A DNA stretch of 64,000 bases from Candidatus Woesearchaeota archaeon (GCA_016181305.1 JACOZN010000002.1:1-64000), one strand, 5' to 3'. Numbered from the stretch's first letter, positions 36,572 to 46,503 are shown. Numbers and translations are program-made. Notes: generated by a model not told the origin, from the sequence alone.

Positions 36572-38081
36572 CTTTCCACATACCGCTTATTTTTTCATGC
36601 TCCGGCGGCAGTATTGTCAGCCTGTTCTTGCCGTTGTCCTGCACGAGCACATTGCCTTTTATGGCTGCTGTCGGCTCAAAGTAGCCTGTCCCGTAGTTGT
36701 AGTTTATGTTCTGCTCCAAATCCCCTTTTTTGAGGTTCACTTTCAGCTGGATTACGCTGTGGATTTCATTTCCAATCTCCATTTCTTTTATACTGTAGTA
36801 ATTGCTCGGGTAGGCTATTGACAAGTTGCCGTTTATATTTTTCTTATTCGTGAGAAAAATGCTGTCGAGGAAAACCATGTTATTGTCGTAGGATAATAGC
36901 GCGTTTATATCCCTCAGTCCCCTGTATACAAAACTGCTCAGCAAAGATGCAGTCTGGTTGTTTTTCAGAGGGTATCTTAAATAATTCACTATCCCGTTTA
37001 GTTCAATATTTTTTTCGACAAAATCCACTAAGCCGTTGTAGTCTTTGAACAGCTGCGCCTTGCTTTTCCTCAGGCACAGCCTGTAAACACCTGATTCTTT
37101 TGGGATGTTGACGGCAAAGTCCTTTCTCAAGTCCCTGTCGCTGTAGAAATAGCTTCCGGCAGGGGTGATTGTGAGGCATTGGAATCCGAAAACTTTATCA
37201 GTCTCTATGGCAACGGAATTATCTGACTCAACGCTTTCGTTGTAGCCGTCTTCTGCTTTTATAAATGTTCCATTTTCCATAACATATTGGGGATTGCCGC
37301 TGCTTTTGTCGACAGTTATTTTTCCCTTGCCGGAAAATTGGTACTCATTAAACGTGCAGTCGGTGATTTTCAGGTTGACATTCGATTTTGTAGTAATCTC
37401 GACTTGACTGCTTACCCTGAATTCGCTGTCTTTTATGTTGTCAACCCTTATGCAGTCGCTTAGGAAAGAGTCTGCTTTTTCTACTGAGAAAACATCTTCA
37501 TAACCGTAAAAATTGTCTATGTTTGTTGAGGCGCTTTCATTCGTCAATATAGAATCAGCGTGCTGGAATTTTAATTTTATTCCGTCATAAGAACACTTAA
37601 TGCAGTTGTTTATTGACGTCTTGTCAATTTTCCAGAATTGTATAGTGTCAAACTCAACACCATTGCCGACAACTTTACCATTAGTTATTCCCCCTGTAAC
37701 AATGGATTTTTTTGTTATTTCGCTTAAAGTTCCATCTTTTGCATTTTTGTCAAGCTTGTTCCAGTCTTTTACTTTGTTGATGTTCGGAGTGCCAGCGGGG
37801 TCTTTGAAAGATAGCTGTTCTTTTGTGAGCTGTTTTAATCCATTTTCAGACAATTTATCTATATTAGGGCTAATTTGTTCTGGTGTGAGCTCGCTGATTT
37901 TACCTGTTTTTTCTATACTCTTTAAATTATGCTCAACTTCACTTTGGGAAAAAGATTGGATTTCCTGAGATGACATTCCTTGAATAGCCTCTGGATTGAA
38001 TACATGTTCGGCAAATGCAACGGTTATGCAAAATAAAAAAATTAGAAAGTAGGAACTTAAATGCTTGATATTAGGGGTCAT
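36564..38081 (-). CDS. Secreted hypothetical protein
   Basis: Signal peptide (VAFA-E); short internal repeats (LTPEQI/LTKEQL); beta-rich C-terminus. Confidence 0.7.
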   Translation of the reverse strand: MTPNIKHLSSYFLIFLFCITVAFAEHVFNPEAIQGMSSQEIQSFSQSEVEHNLKSIEKTGKISELTPEQISPNIDKLSENGLKQLTKEQLSFKDPAGTPNINKVKDWNKLDKNAKDGTLSEITKKSIVTGGITNGKVVGNGVEFDTIQFWKIDKTSINNCIKCSYDGIKLKFQHADSILTNESASTNIDNFYGYEDVFSVEKADSFLSDCIRVDNIKDSEFRVSSQVEITTKSNVNLKITDCTFNEYQFSGKGKITVDKSSGNPQYVMENGTFIKAEDGYNESVESDNSVAIETDKVFGFQCLTITPAGSYFYSDRDLRKDFAVNIPKESGVYRLCLRKSKAQLFKDYNGLVDFVEKNIELNGIVNYLRYPLKNNQTASLLSSFVYRGLRDINALLSYDNNMVFLDSIFLTNKKNINGNLSIAYPSNYYSIKEMEIGNEIHSVIQLKVNLKKGDLEQNINYNYGTGYFEPTAAIKGNVLVQDNGKNRLTILPPEHEKISGMWKDG

Positions 38082-38118
38082 GACAATTATCTACATTCTT
38101 TGGAATATAAATAATTTC

Positions 38119-38706
38119 CTAAATCTTCCCCGTCTTTATGCGATTCAGATAAACTCGTGCTGGAGTACTGGAAGGATTGATGTTTTTCAGTATATAAATA
38201 AGGTGTTCCTCGGCAATTTTTTTATATTGAGGTTCACTAAACTGGGTTAAGTAAAGATATGCAAGATTAAATCTTTGAGCTTCTTCATTTGGATTAAATT
38301 GTATGGCTTTAATTAGCGCGGATTCAGCCTTTTTTGGTTCTCTGGCGAGGCTATAAGCAACTCCCAAATTGTTGAAAAAAAGGTCGCTTTGATTTTTTGG
38401 ATCCTCCTCATAAGGCTGCAGTATATCCAAAACATCTTTGTAGCTATCTGGCTTCAGTATTCTACCGGCTTTTCTTGCTATTTCATTATAATCCATTTGT
38501 GCTTTTTTGTCAATTCCATCACTCTGCCCGTAAGCTACTCCTCCCAATAATTTTTCAAGTTCGTTTCCGCTAGAATTCTGCACAACTCTTTCTATGCCTT
38601 TAGAACTGCCTCTAAAATAATTAAAAGCGTCTTTTGCGGCATCAATTGATGGTGCTGTGCCCAAACCAAGAAAAGCTGCCAAAGGCAAAGCGTATTTGTG
38701 TTTCAT
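38119..38706 (-). CDS. TPR-containing exported protein
   Basis: FNNLGVAYSL..AESALIKAIQFNPN..FNLAYLY. Confidence 0.75.
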   Translation of the reverse strand: MKHKYALPLAAFLGLGTAPSIDAAKDAFNYFRGSSKGIERVVQNSSGNELEKLLGGVAYGQSDGIDKKAQMDYNEIARKAGRILKPDSYKDVLDILQPYEEDPKNQSDLFFNNLGVAYSLAREPKKAESALIKAIQFNPNEEAQRFNLAYLYLTQFSEPQYKKIAEEHLIYILKNINPSSTPARVYLNRIKTGKI

Positions 38707-38861
38707 GCCCTTTCCATTCTTTTCTCTCTTTATAAACTTTTCGTTTTTTTCACTCTATTAAAGTAGTGAAATATATATGATTTATATAGCTTATTTTCTA
38801 TATAGAAAATAAATAACACTTATACAAAACTTTAATATATTAATCAGCTAAACCTTTGTTT

Positions 38862-39554
38862 ATGAAAATAATGATGGTTGAATCAAGGTACAAGGGCAAA
38901 ATCAATCTGTCAAATTTAGATGCATCCATTCTGCCAAAGAATATTGGGTTAGCCACAACAGTCCAGTTCCTTAACTATGCTGATGAGATAAGGCAGTTTC
39001 TTGAAAGCAATGGAAAAAATGTTTTTGCGGACAAAATAAGGCAGAAGTACGAAGGGCAGCTGCTCGGCTGCGACACAGGCGCCGCAGAAAAGGTAAAAGA
39101 TAATGTTGACGCGTTTCTTTACATTGGAACAGGCATCTTTCATCCATTGGGAATTGCATTAAGCATTGAAAAGGATGTTTTCTGCTACGACCCCATAAAT
39201 GCAGTAATGTCAAAAATCGACAGGAGCGAAGTTGAAAAGTACAACAAAAAAAGGAAGGCAGCCTACATGAAATTCCTTGAATCAACGGAAATCGGCATTT
39301 TGGTTTCATTGAAGCCCGGGCAGAATAATTTCAGGAAAGCTGTTGAGCTGAAAAGGCAGCTGAAGGGCAAGAACTGCTGCATTTTTGCATTCGACACACT
39401 TGATTTCAGCCAGGTTGAGAACTTCCCGTTCATCCAGTGCTGGGTTAACACTGCATGCAACCGCATACTTGATGACCATTCTAAATTCCCGAAGCCATTG
39501 GTTGACTTGGGAGACATAGAAAAGATGGAATTGCTGGCAATATCAGCCAAATAA
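38862..39554 (+). CDS. dph2: Diphthamide biosynthesis Dph2-like protein, N-terminally short
   Basis: IGLATTVQF, GQLLGCD, IGILVSLKPGQ and WVNTACNRI. Confidence 0.82.
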   Translation: MKIMMVESRYKGKINLSNLDASILPKNIGLATTVQFLNYADEIRQFLESNGKNVFADKIRQKYEGQLLGCDTGAAEKVKDNVDAFLYIGTGIFHPLGIALSIEKDVFCYDPINAVMSKIDRSEVEKYNKKRKAAYMKFLESTEIGILVSLKPGQNNFRKAVELKRQLKGKNCCIFAFDTLDFSQVENFPFIQCWVNTACNRILDDHSKFPKPLVDLGDIEKMELLAISAK

Positions 39555-39815
39555 TTACTTTTTTCTGCCTTTGGAAAGCAGTTCAATAAGAGTTCTTATC
39601 TCTTTTAATTCTCTCTTTGAAACATCAACCATCAGGCTTAGCAGAATAAACATGACCAGAAGGGTGAGCCAGCTGAAAATCGCGATTATCATAAGCCAGC
39701 TTAACTGCCCGCTTTCTGCCCTGTAAGCCTGGTTTATGAGCTGGAAGCCAAGCACAGCAGACGCTACTCCGACAACCAAAAGAACAACCTCAAAAGCACT
39801 CATCCTGTCAGGCAT
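39555..39815 (-). CDS. Small two-TM membrane protein
   Basis: Two hydrophobic helices and a coiled C-terminus; GAGG SD. Confidence 0.7.
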   Translation of the reverse strand: MPDRMSAFEVVLLVVGVASAVLGFQLINQAYRAESGQLSWLMIIAIFSWLTLLVMFILLSLMVDVSKRELKEIRTLIELLSKGRKK

Positions 39816-39882
39816 CAAACAACCTCTTTTGCCAGAGACTTAAACAAACTATTATTTAAATTTTGTTATTAGTATATGGGAA

Positions 39883-40083
39883 TCAGAATTTCAGCCTCTT
39901 AATCCATTTCTTGCTCTTGTCTGCCCATTCCTTGATGGTTTCCCTTTTTACGCCCAAGATCAGCAGCCCGGCAACTATGAACAGCCATCCCTGGATTATT
40001 GGAATAAATCCCGATATAACGCCGATTATTATTAATATTATTCCAATTATTTTTCTTAGCAAGTCTAGTATATGTTTATACAT
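39883..40083 (-). CDS. Small membrane protein (G.IG.FIP..QGWLF type)
   Basis: IIGVISGFIPIIQGWLFIVAGL. Confidence 0.7.
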   Translation of the reverse strand: MYKHILDLLRKIIGIILIIIGVISGFIPIIQGWLFIVAGLLILGVKRETIKEWADKSKKWIKRLKF

Positions 40084-40087
40084 GAAT

Positions 40088-41011
40088 TTAAGCAGTTATT
40101 CCGATGCTTGATGCAGCTTTCCTGTCAAACAAAGAGCTTCCGATGCCTTTCCCGACAAAAAATGACTGCCTGCCCATTACATCGCTCAGCACGTCAAGCA
40201 GCGTCTTTTCCTTCTTGTACTCAACTATCTCAGCTTTTATGCCCTCTCTTTTCTCTATGTACCTTACAGCCTCGTCTTTTCCCCCCAGCTCGTCCACCAG
40301 TCCGAGCTCTTTGGCTTCTGCGCCCAGGTAAAACAAGCCATTCGCGACCTTGTCCATATCTTTTTTGTTCAAATTCCTGTTTTTTGCAACCTCGCCTGCA
40401 AAATAGTCCCTTATGCCGTCCAGTGCTCTCTGGAAGATTTCCCTTTCCTCCTGAGTCATTTCCCTGTACGGGCTTCCCAAGTCCTTGTATTTGCCGGAAA
40501 CCAGCCTTTGGTATGTCACATTATACCTCTCCAGCAGTCCGGGAAACTCAAGGTATGACCCAATAACCCCTATAGAGCCTGTAACCGAAACCCTGTTGGC
40601 TACAACATAGTCTGCAGAAGAGGCAACCCAGTAAGCTCCTGATGTCCCTATCTCCCTCACCCATGCAACGGTTGTCTTGTTTGTTTTCCTGACCGCGTTT
40701 GCTATCTCTTCAGATGCAACAGCAGAGCCGCCCGGGCTGTTTATCTCGAGTATTATGGCTTTTATGCCGGGATTTTTGTCCGCCTTCTCTATCAATTCAA
40801 CCGTGTCAAGCGAGTTTGTCATAGTCTCAAAAAACCCGGAATCATCTGTGCCTGATATAATGCCTTCTATCGGTACCAGCGCAACATTTCCTCCCAATGA
40901 CTCGACATCAACCCCCACAAACAGCGAGAGTATTCCGACTGCTATGAACCCGAGCACCGCCAGCATCAGCAAAACAAACAATGCATAGCCCCATCTGAAA
41001 TTTGGTTTCAT
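40088..41011 (-). CDS. sppA: Signal peptide peptidase SppA (S49)
   Basis: INSPGGS, SGAYWVAS, TGSIGV and SGKYKD. Confidence 0.95.
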   Translation of the reverse strand: MKPNFRWGYALFVLLMLAVLGFIAVGILSLFVGVDVESLGGNVALVPIEGIISGTDDSGFFETMTNSLDTVELIEKADKNPGIKAIILEINSPGGSAVASEEIANAVRKTNKTTVAWVREIGTSGAYWVASSADYVVANRVSVTGSIGVIGSYLEFPGLLERYNVTYQRLVSGKYKDLGSPYREMTQEEREIFQRALDGIRDYFAGEVAKNRNLNKKDMDKVANGLFYLGAEAKELGLVDELGGKDEAVRYIEKREGIKAEIVEYKKEKTLLDVLSDVMGRQSFFVGKGIGSSLFDRKAASSIGITA

Positions 41012-41012
41012 T

Positions 41013-41207
41013 TTACTGCTCGCCCTCTTTCTTGAAAGCCTGGAATATGTCCTTTCTTCCCTGCTTCACGTTGTCAAGGATCTGGTCTTTTGCCATTTCA
41101 AGAAAGCCTATCGCTTCCTGCGGCGTCACATTCTGCGTTTTCATTGATGTCTGTATGTTGTCGGGCATTACATCTACCCTCAACAGGAATATTTTTTGCT
41201 CTGCCAT
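41013..41207 (-). CDS. Small hypothetical protein
   Basis: 64 aa, tightly packed between the RDD and sppA genes. Confidence 0.65.
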   Translation of the reverse strand: MAEQKIFLLRVDVMPDNIQTSMKTQNVTPQEAIGFLEMAKDQILDNVKQGRKDIFQAFKKEGEQ

Positions 41208-41221
41208 TAAAGCCTCCGCAC

Positions 41222-41725
41222 TTATTGCAAAGTGTATATTTCAACAACCCTTGTCTTGCCCAGTATCTCTGTAAGCCTTTGGTTCGTCTTTGTAAAAAAC
41301 ATGAACAGCGGGTCAACAGCCCACAGCAGCACAAAGGGGAACACGGGCAGGAACACAAGGTTTCTTGCCAAAAGCTGCCATGCCTTTGCCTCATTATTAT
41401 CGCTTACGACATGGATTTTCATCAGCATTTTTCCTATGGTTTGCGACATTTTCCTCTCCATCAGGTAAAAATACAGGATTATCAGAATAGACATTACAAG
41501 CGAAATTGAGCTTATATAGCCTGTGAAATTTGCGCTGCTGCCCAAAAGCCTGTACGCTTCTGAAAAGGAATAGTCTTTTGGGATGGTATTCCGGAACAAT
41601 GCCCTGAACGGAAACAATACAACAAGGTTGACTATAATCATGTCAATAAAAAAAGCCGCAATCCTTTTCCATATCAATGCGGGCCCTGTGAATGTCTTTT
41701 CCTTGGGAAGGTTTAAGCGTGGCAT
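41222..41725 (-). CDS. RDD-family membrane protein
   Basis: WKRIAAFFID, QTIGKMLMKIHVV and RLTEILGKTRVV. Confidence 0.9.
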   Translation of the reverse strand: MPRLNLPKEKTFTGPALIWKRIAAFFIDMIIVNLVVLFPFRALFRNTIPKDYSFSEAYRLLGSSANFTGYISSISLVMSILIILYFYLMERKMSQTIGKMLMKIHVVSDNNEAKAWQLLARNLVFLPVFPFVLLWAVDPLFMFFTKTNQRLTEILGKTRVVEIYTLQ

Positions 41726-41814
41726 TGTTTTTGAGAACTTATTGCTATTTATAAAATTTGGGATTTGGAGTTTCCATAGAAAACTATATAAACCTGCCAA
41801 AATTCAGTTTTGCA

Positions 41815-42159
41815 ATGGGCAAGAAGAAGGAAGAGCAGCAGAGGCAGGAGAAAATCCAGCAGGAGATTTCCAGAATCAACCTTCCAAGGGGCAGGCAGAC
41901 TTTTGGATTGATAGAGCAGAGGCTCGGCGCCTCAAGAATGAGGGTCAAGTGCCTTGACGGCAAGACGCGAATTTGCAGGATCCCGGGCAGGCTCACCAGG
42001 AAATTGTGGGTTAGGGAAAGCGACATTGTAATTGTCGAGCCGTGGGAGTATTCAGGTGATGAAAAAGGCGACGTAATGTACAAGTACTCCCCTACGCAGG
42101 TCGGGTTTCTAAGGAGAAAGGGTTATTTGAAGGAGATGGACCAGTTCGAGGAGTTCTGA
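41815..42159 (+). CDS. eif1a: Translation initiation factor aIF-1A
   Basis: LGASRMRVKCLDGKTRICRIPGRL..WVRESDIVIVEPWE. Confidence 0.96.
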   Translation: MGKKKEEQQRQEKIQQEISRINLPRGRQTFGLIEQRLGASRMRVKCLDGKTRICRIPGRLTRKLWVRESDIVIVEPWEYSGDEKGDVMYKYSPTQVGFLRRKGYLKEMDQFEEF

Positions 42160-42201
42160 TTCACAGAAATCTTTAAATAAATCTCTTAATAACCTTTTAT
42201 T

Positions 42202-42798
42202 ATGGGTAAGTTCAGCATCAGCTTTTTTGCAATAAACTTCATACTTCTTTTTGTCGGCGTCAGCTTTGTGCTTGCCGTTTTTGAACTGGGCAGGCTTGCA
42301 TTTGTGCTTGAGCTCGGGGTTCTGCTTGTCTTGATTGCGGCAACGGCATTTGCTGTTTTTTCAGTTTACCATGGCAAAAAATGGGGCTGGACCATCATCG
42401 GAGCTAATTTGGCTGTTGTGCTGGCTAACATCCTGTTTATTTACGTGATTAAGGGCTTGTTTGAGACAGCGCACATCACGGCAGTATTGTTTTCAATTGC
42501 AGGATTAATAACAGCTTTCCTTAATCTAAGGGGCGAAAAGCAGATTGCACCGGTTCACAATAAAAGGACAGAAGACTACTATCCTTACATCGACAAGATG
42601 GAGCCTGAAGCTGCAAAAGAGCCAAGCATAGAGAAAACCTTCACCCCGGGCAAGTTTGTCGCCAGCAAAAAAGCCAACAAATTTCATGCCGCAAAATGCG
42701 ACTGGGCGAAAAAAATAGGCGCTGAAAACCAAATATGGTTCAATTCAAGGGAAGAGGCAGAAAGCAGGGGTTTTGAGGCTGACAAGTGCATTAGTTGA
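42202..42798 (+). CDS. Four-TM protein with C-terminal Ada-like metal-binding domain
   Basis: FVASKKANKFH..KC..AKKI..F.SREEA..GF..DKC. Confidence 0.7.
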   Translation: MGKFSISFFAINFILLFVGVSFVLAVFELGRLAFVLELGVLLVLIAATAFAVFSVYHGKKWGWTIIGANLAVVLANILFIYVIKGLFETAHITAVLFSIAGLITAFLNLRGEKQIAPVHNKRTEDYYPYIDKMEPEAAKEPSIEKTFTPGKFVASKKANKFHAAKCDWAKKIGAENQIWFNSREEAESRGFEADKCIS

Positions 42799-43245
42799 TT
42801 ATTCCTTCCACAATAAAACAACCAGCAAAACAATGCTGATTGTCACAGCGCTGTCCGCAATGTTAAATACAGGCCATATTCTGAAGTCTATGAAGTCAAT
42901 AACCGCCCCATAAGCAATCCTGTCAATCAAGTTGCCGATTGTGCCGCCAAGCAATAAGCCAACAGCAAATTGTGTTAATTTTTCATTGTTTTTTACGGCT
43001 TTTTTCAAATAATAAAAAATGATAATAATCACGATTATTGAGAATAAAACAAAAAACCAATTTAATCCTTTGAACAATCCAAACGCAGAGCCTGTGTTTG
43101 TAATATAAGTAATATGAAGGATGTTTTTAATAAGGGGGATTGATTGGTTTAGCTGAAAATTTTGATTTACCAGGAATTTTGTGAATTGGTCCAGGATAAC
43201 AATCAACAATGCTGTGGAAAAAACAAGGGTGTTTTTTTTGTTCAT
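42799..43245 (-). CDS. lspA: Lipoprotein signal peptidase (signal peptidase II)
   Basis: LDQFTK, NTGSAFG, GNLIDRI, VIDFI and FNIADS. Confidence 0.93.
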   Translation of the reverse strand: MNKKNTLVFSTALLIVILDQFTKFLVNQNFQLNQSIPLIKNILHITYITNTGSAFGLFKGLNWFFVLFSIIVIIIIFYYLKKAVKNNEKLTQFAVGLLLGGTIGNLIDRIAYGAVIDFIDFRIWPVFNIADSAVTISIVLLVVLLWKE

Positions 43246-43288
43246 TGAAGAAAAAATGAGGAGTAGTGTATAAAAATCTTTTCAAAAG

Positions 43289-43666
43289 TCAATAATACCT
43301 TCTCCTTCTCGTGTCTTCCTGCTCGCCTCTTGCAATTGCCTCGATGTTTGCAAGCCTCTGGTTGATGCTCTCGATTGAAGCCCTTAACGCATCAAGCTTG
43401 CTTGAGATCACTTCAAGGTTTTTCGATGCTATGAAGTTGTCATTTGAGACTGAAGGCTGCTGGAAGGCAGGCTGGGAAGGCTGGAAGCCTTGCTGCTGCA
43501 AAGAAGGATATTTCTGGAACGGCTGCTGCTCAATGTTCATTCCCAGGTCCGGGGAAGGCCCTGCGCCAATGTCAAGCCCAAGCTCCTTGTCCAGCCCCAG
43601 GTCCTTGCCTATCTCTTCAATATCATCCTTCCTTTTCCAGAACGCGAGCTTGCCTAGGAAACTCAT
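43289..43666 (-). CDS. Hypothetical protein with Q/P-rich linker and coiled coil
   Basis: GAGGTGA SD; LEVISSKLDALRASIESINQRL. Confidence 0.75.
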   Translation of the reverse strand: MSFLGKLAFWKRKDDIEEIGKDLGLDKELGLDIGAGPSPDLGMNIEQQPFQKYPSLQQQGFQPSQPAFQQPSVSNDNFIASKNLEVISSKLDALRASIESINQRLANIEAIARGEQEDTRRRRYY

Positions 43667-43729
43667 CTATTCACCTCTTTAAACTCTAGTATAATATTGC
43701 CTTGAGGATTGTGTATATAAACATTTTGC

Positions 43730-43885
43730 TCAGGCGCCCTTTAAAAAAATGTAAATCAGGGCAACTGCAAATACAATGAAGCTTACAAACAGCAGTGTAT
43801 GGAAGATTTTCCTGAACATCTCGTGCAGGATAAACATAACTATGAAATAAACGACCACTGCGGCAACTATAGCTGCAAGCACCAT
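43730..43885 (-). CDS. 51-aa two-TM microprotein (not in the ORF track)
   Basis: MVLAAIVAAVVVYFIVMFILHEMFRKIFHTLLFVSFIVFAVALIYIFLKGA; starts 4 nt after the endonuclease III-like stop. Confidence 0.6.
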   Translation of the reverse strand: MVLAAIVAAVVVYFIVMFILHEMFRKIFHTLLFVSFIVFAVALIYIFLKGA

Positions 43886-43889
43886 TTTC

Positions 43890-44609
43890 TCACATCTCTT
43901 TTTTTGCAGTATAAATAGTTTTGTAATAACTGCAGTGTGCGCTTATCGGGCATTTGCTGCATAACGGGCTTTTTTTGCATATGTTTTTTCCCAATTCCAC
44001 AAGCAGTGCATGATACTCATTAAATAACTTTTCGCTGTCTGGAAGTTTCAGCATGAACAATCTCTGCAAATCATCGTATTTTGGCTCTTTGAATCCAATC
44101 CTGCCAAGTATCCTTTTGGTATAGGCGTCTATCACAAATATCGGCTTTTTTGCGGCATATAGGATTATTGAGTCGGCAGTCTCAGGACCGATTCCGTTTA
44201 TTGACAATAACTCGCTTCTTAGCTTGTTCATGTCTTTTTTGAACAATAAATCCAGCTTTCCTTTATAATTCTTCAACAAGAAACTGCAGAAATTCTTGAG
44301 CTTCTTGGCTTTTTGGTTGTGGTAGCCTGATGATTTGATTATTTTAGCTAATCTTTTGTTTTTTATCTTGATTATTTTTTTGATGTTGATTAAATTGCTC
44401 TTGTTCAGCTCAAAAATAGCCTTCTCGGCATTCTTCCAGCTTGTGTTTTGAGCGAGGATTGCGCCGAAGATCACTTCAAGCTGCTGCTTCCCGTTCTTAG
44501 GGCCTCCGGAATATTCTGGGTGAAGCCTGCCTTCTGCTGTGACGGGCCACCAGGATTGGGGGCCGAAAGAAGAATATAATTTATCATAGAATATACTTAA
44601 TTTTTCCAT
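43890..44609 (-). CDS. HhH-GPD endonuclease III-like DNA glycosylase with [4Fe-4S] motif
   Basis: GAILAQNTSW, GIGPETADSI, FVIDAYT and CKKSPLCSKCPISAHC. Confidence 0.92.
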   Translation of the reverse strand: MEKLSIFYDKLYSSFGPQSWWPVTAEGRLHPEYSGGPKNGKQQLEVIFGAILAQNTSWKNAEKAIFELNKSNLINIKKIIKIKNKRLAKIIKSSGYHNQKAKKLKNFCSFLLKNYKGKLDLLFKKDMNKLRSELLSINGIGPETADSIILYAAKKPIFVIDAYTKRILGRIGFKEPKYDDLQRLFMLKLPDSEKLFNEYHALLVELGKNICKKSPLCSKCPISAHCSYYKTIYTAKKEM

Positions 44610-44647
44610 AAAATAAGAATTTATTATTGATATATATAATTTATTCC

Positions 44648-45667
44648 CTATGTTGCTCTTAGCAAAGTCCAGTCTAGGTTTTCTATGGGGCCGTCTCTTG
44701 ATTTTAATCTTCTAAAAAAAGTTAGTTCATATTTTGCTTCTTTTACAAGTGCCCAAAGCATAATTTCCTGCTCTGCCTTATTCAGCTTCCTTAGTTTATG
44801 TTTGTTTTTTAATTGAGAATTATGTACAACCACCTGTGAGAGCAATCTTTTATAGAATCCTATAGTTAGATTAGTTGGAACCCCAAATGGCGACATCTCA
44901 GCGACTGACACATTTGGCTTTTCTTTATGCAATTCCTGCATCATAAACTTGAAATAAGCAGCAATTTCTGGAGCAAAAATATTAATCACATTGGAATCTT
45001 CCTTGTCGGAATAATAGTTATACCTGAAAGCCCACCTTTTGACAGGTATTTTTATGTCTGTCCAGAAGCCGTTTGCAATTGCATATTTGTTTCGATCGTT
45101 TGAATCCATAACTACCGAGTACATATTAAAATTATATCTAGGCGATTTCTTGGTTCTTGATGGCACGCTAACGGCAATTGTAGCCCCATCCTTTGAAACT
45201 CGTCCTGCTTCTGAGTAATCTTCAACTATATTTATGTTATTTCCAGTCCGCAACCCATATGATAAAATTCTCAAAGCATCACAATGCTCGGCTAGTCTTA
45301 CCCTCCTTTCTTTTTTATCATCCTGAAAATCAGCAAATGGTTTGAAGCTGTAACCAGCATGGTATACAGAATCAATTGAGTCAAATTCCCTTTGCCTTAA
45401 TATCCAAGGCGCCATGCAGTTATCCGCTGCCTCATCTACGGAGTTTGGAGAAGGAATTCTAACAAAATCGCCATGCTTCAGGAATTTTCTTTGGGAGCCA
45501 TAACTTTCTGGTACAAGTCCTTCTTTCAAACGCAGGACTACATGCTGCCCTTCCTTCGCACTAACCACTTTTTCAACAAGTTGGTGGAGTTTATTGACAT
45601 ATACGGGCTCAGAGCCTCTGACTATCTGGGCTAAACTTGGTTCCTTGAAATATTGCTTTTTTTGCAT
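44648..45667 (-). CDS. Hypothetical protein
   Basis: 339-aa ORF; no motif I can name. Confidence 0.75.
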   Translation of the reverse strand: MQKKQYFKEPSLAQIVRGSEPVYVNKLHQLVEKVVSAKEGQHVVLRLKEGLVPESYGSQRKFLKHGDFVRIPSPNSVDEAADNCMAPWILRQREFDSIDSVYHAGYSFKPFADFQDDKKERRVRLAEHCDALRILSYGLRTGNNINIVEDYSEAGRVSKDGATIAVSVPSRTKKSPRYNFNMYSVVMDSNDRNKYAIANGFWTDIKIPVKRWAFRYNYYSDKEDSNVINIFAPEIAAYFKFMMQELHKEKPNVSVAEMSPFGVPTNLTIGFYKRLLSQVVVHNSQLKNKHKLRKLNKAEQEIMLWALVKEAKYELTFFRRLKSRDGPIENLDWTLLRAT

Positions 45668-45684
45668 GTTTGCAAAAATGAGAT

Positions 45685-46503
45685 TTATTTTGCTGGTTTT
45701 TTATTCAACTGCAGATAAACCATATTGCTTATATAAACCTGCTTCATAAAGTCAGCTATCCTGTTAATCCATGCCTTTTTGCCCGAATAGTCATGCCTTT
45801 GCTCGTCTCTTCCAAATGGGTCTTTAAATTCATATTTGAATTCATCGGTGTACTCGCCAAACTTCCTGTAAGGCGTTAAAAGTGATTTTATGAATTTAGC
45901 CTGGTCTTCTTTCGGAACATCATACATCCTTTTTATCAAGGCTCCCGGAGAAGTTGAATGCCTCCAAAATCCTCTCCTCAGTCTTGCCATTTTTTTGATT
46001 CCATCATACTCGTAGCCTATGCCAACCAGCTTTGAAATCATATCTCCAAAATTTTTCCCTCCAAGTGATATAAGTTCGCTGAACTTATTGGCTGTCGAAG
46101 GGAAGTAAGCATAACTTTTTGCCTGCTGAATTCCGATATACAAAGCCAGTATTTCAGGTGTATTCATCCTTATAAGAATGCTGTGAGCAACTCCATATTG
46201 TCCATTGAATGACTCAAAGTTATTCATGCCTTCCAAAGCCTTCTCCAATGCAACCCCGTTTGTTTTGCTGTCAATTAACGTTTTTTTATCACTTAACATT
46301 GTTTTCTGAAGGAATACCTTCATATTGTCTTCGGTTGACCCGTAATAAGGCGCGTCATTGAAAACTCTGGCGGATTCTATAGCTTTAAGTATGGGCTGTC
46401 TCCTTATCCTATCCTCCAAGTCCGGAGTTTCATTAAATAGGTCCAATTGAGGTCGGATTGGATTCTCTTGCCCCTTGACTAAGTGTAGATGTCTGCTACC
46501 CAT
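45685..46503 (-). CDS. Hypothetical protein
   Basis: 272-aa ORF; BRE-TATA (GAAAGGTTTATAAA) at 46526-46539 on the minus strand. Confidence 0.75.
   Translation of the reverse strand: MGSRHLHLVKGQENPIRPQLDLFNETPDLEDRIRRQPILKAIESARVFNDAPYYGSTEDNMKVFLQKTMLSDKKTLIDSKTNGVALEKALEGMNNFESFNGQYGVAHSILIRMNTPEILALYIGIQQAKSYAYFPSTANKFSELISLGGKNFGDMISKLVGIGYEYDGIKKMARLRRGFWRHSTSPGALIKRMYDVPKEDQAKFIKSLLTPYRKFGEYTDEFKYEFKDPFGRDEQRHDYSGKKAWINRIADFMKQVYISNMVYLQLNKKPAK

Noticed and set aside
31891-36821. Long antisense/alternate-frame ORFs (31891-32382, 33479-33886, 34756-35073, 36543-36821 and similar across the window)
   Set aside because: They lie over well-supported genes and lack recognisable protein features.
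44648-45667. Degenerate SWIM-finger-like region
   Set aside because: No Cys/His ligands remain and the resemblance is too weak to call without a profile search.
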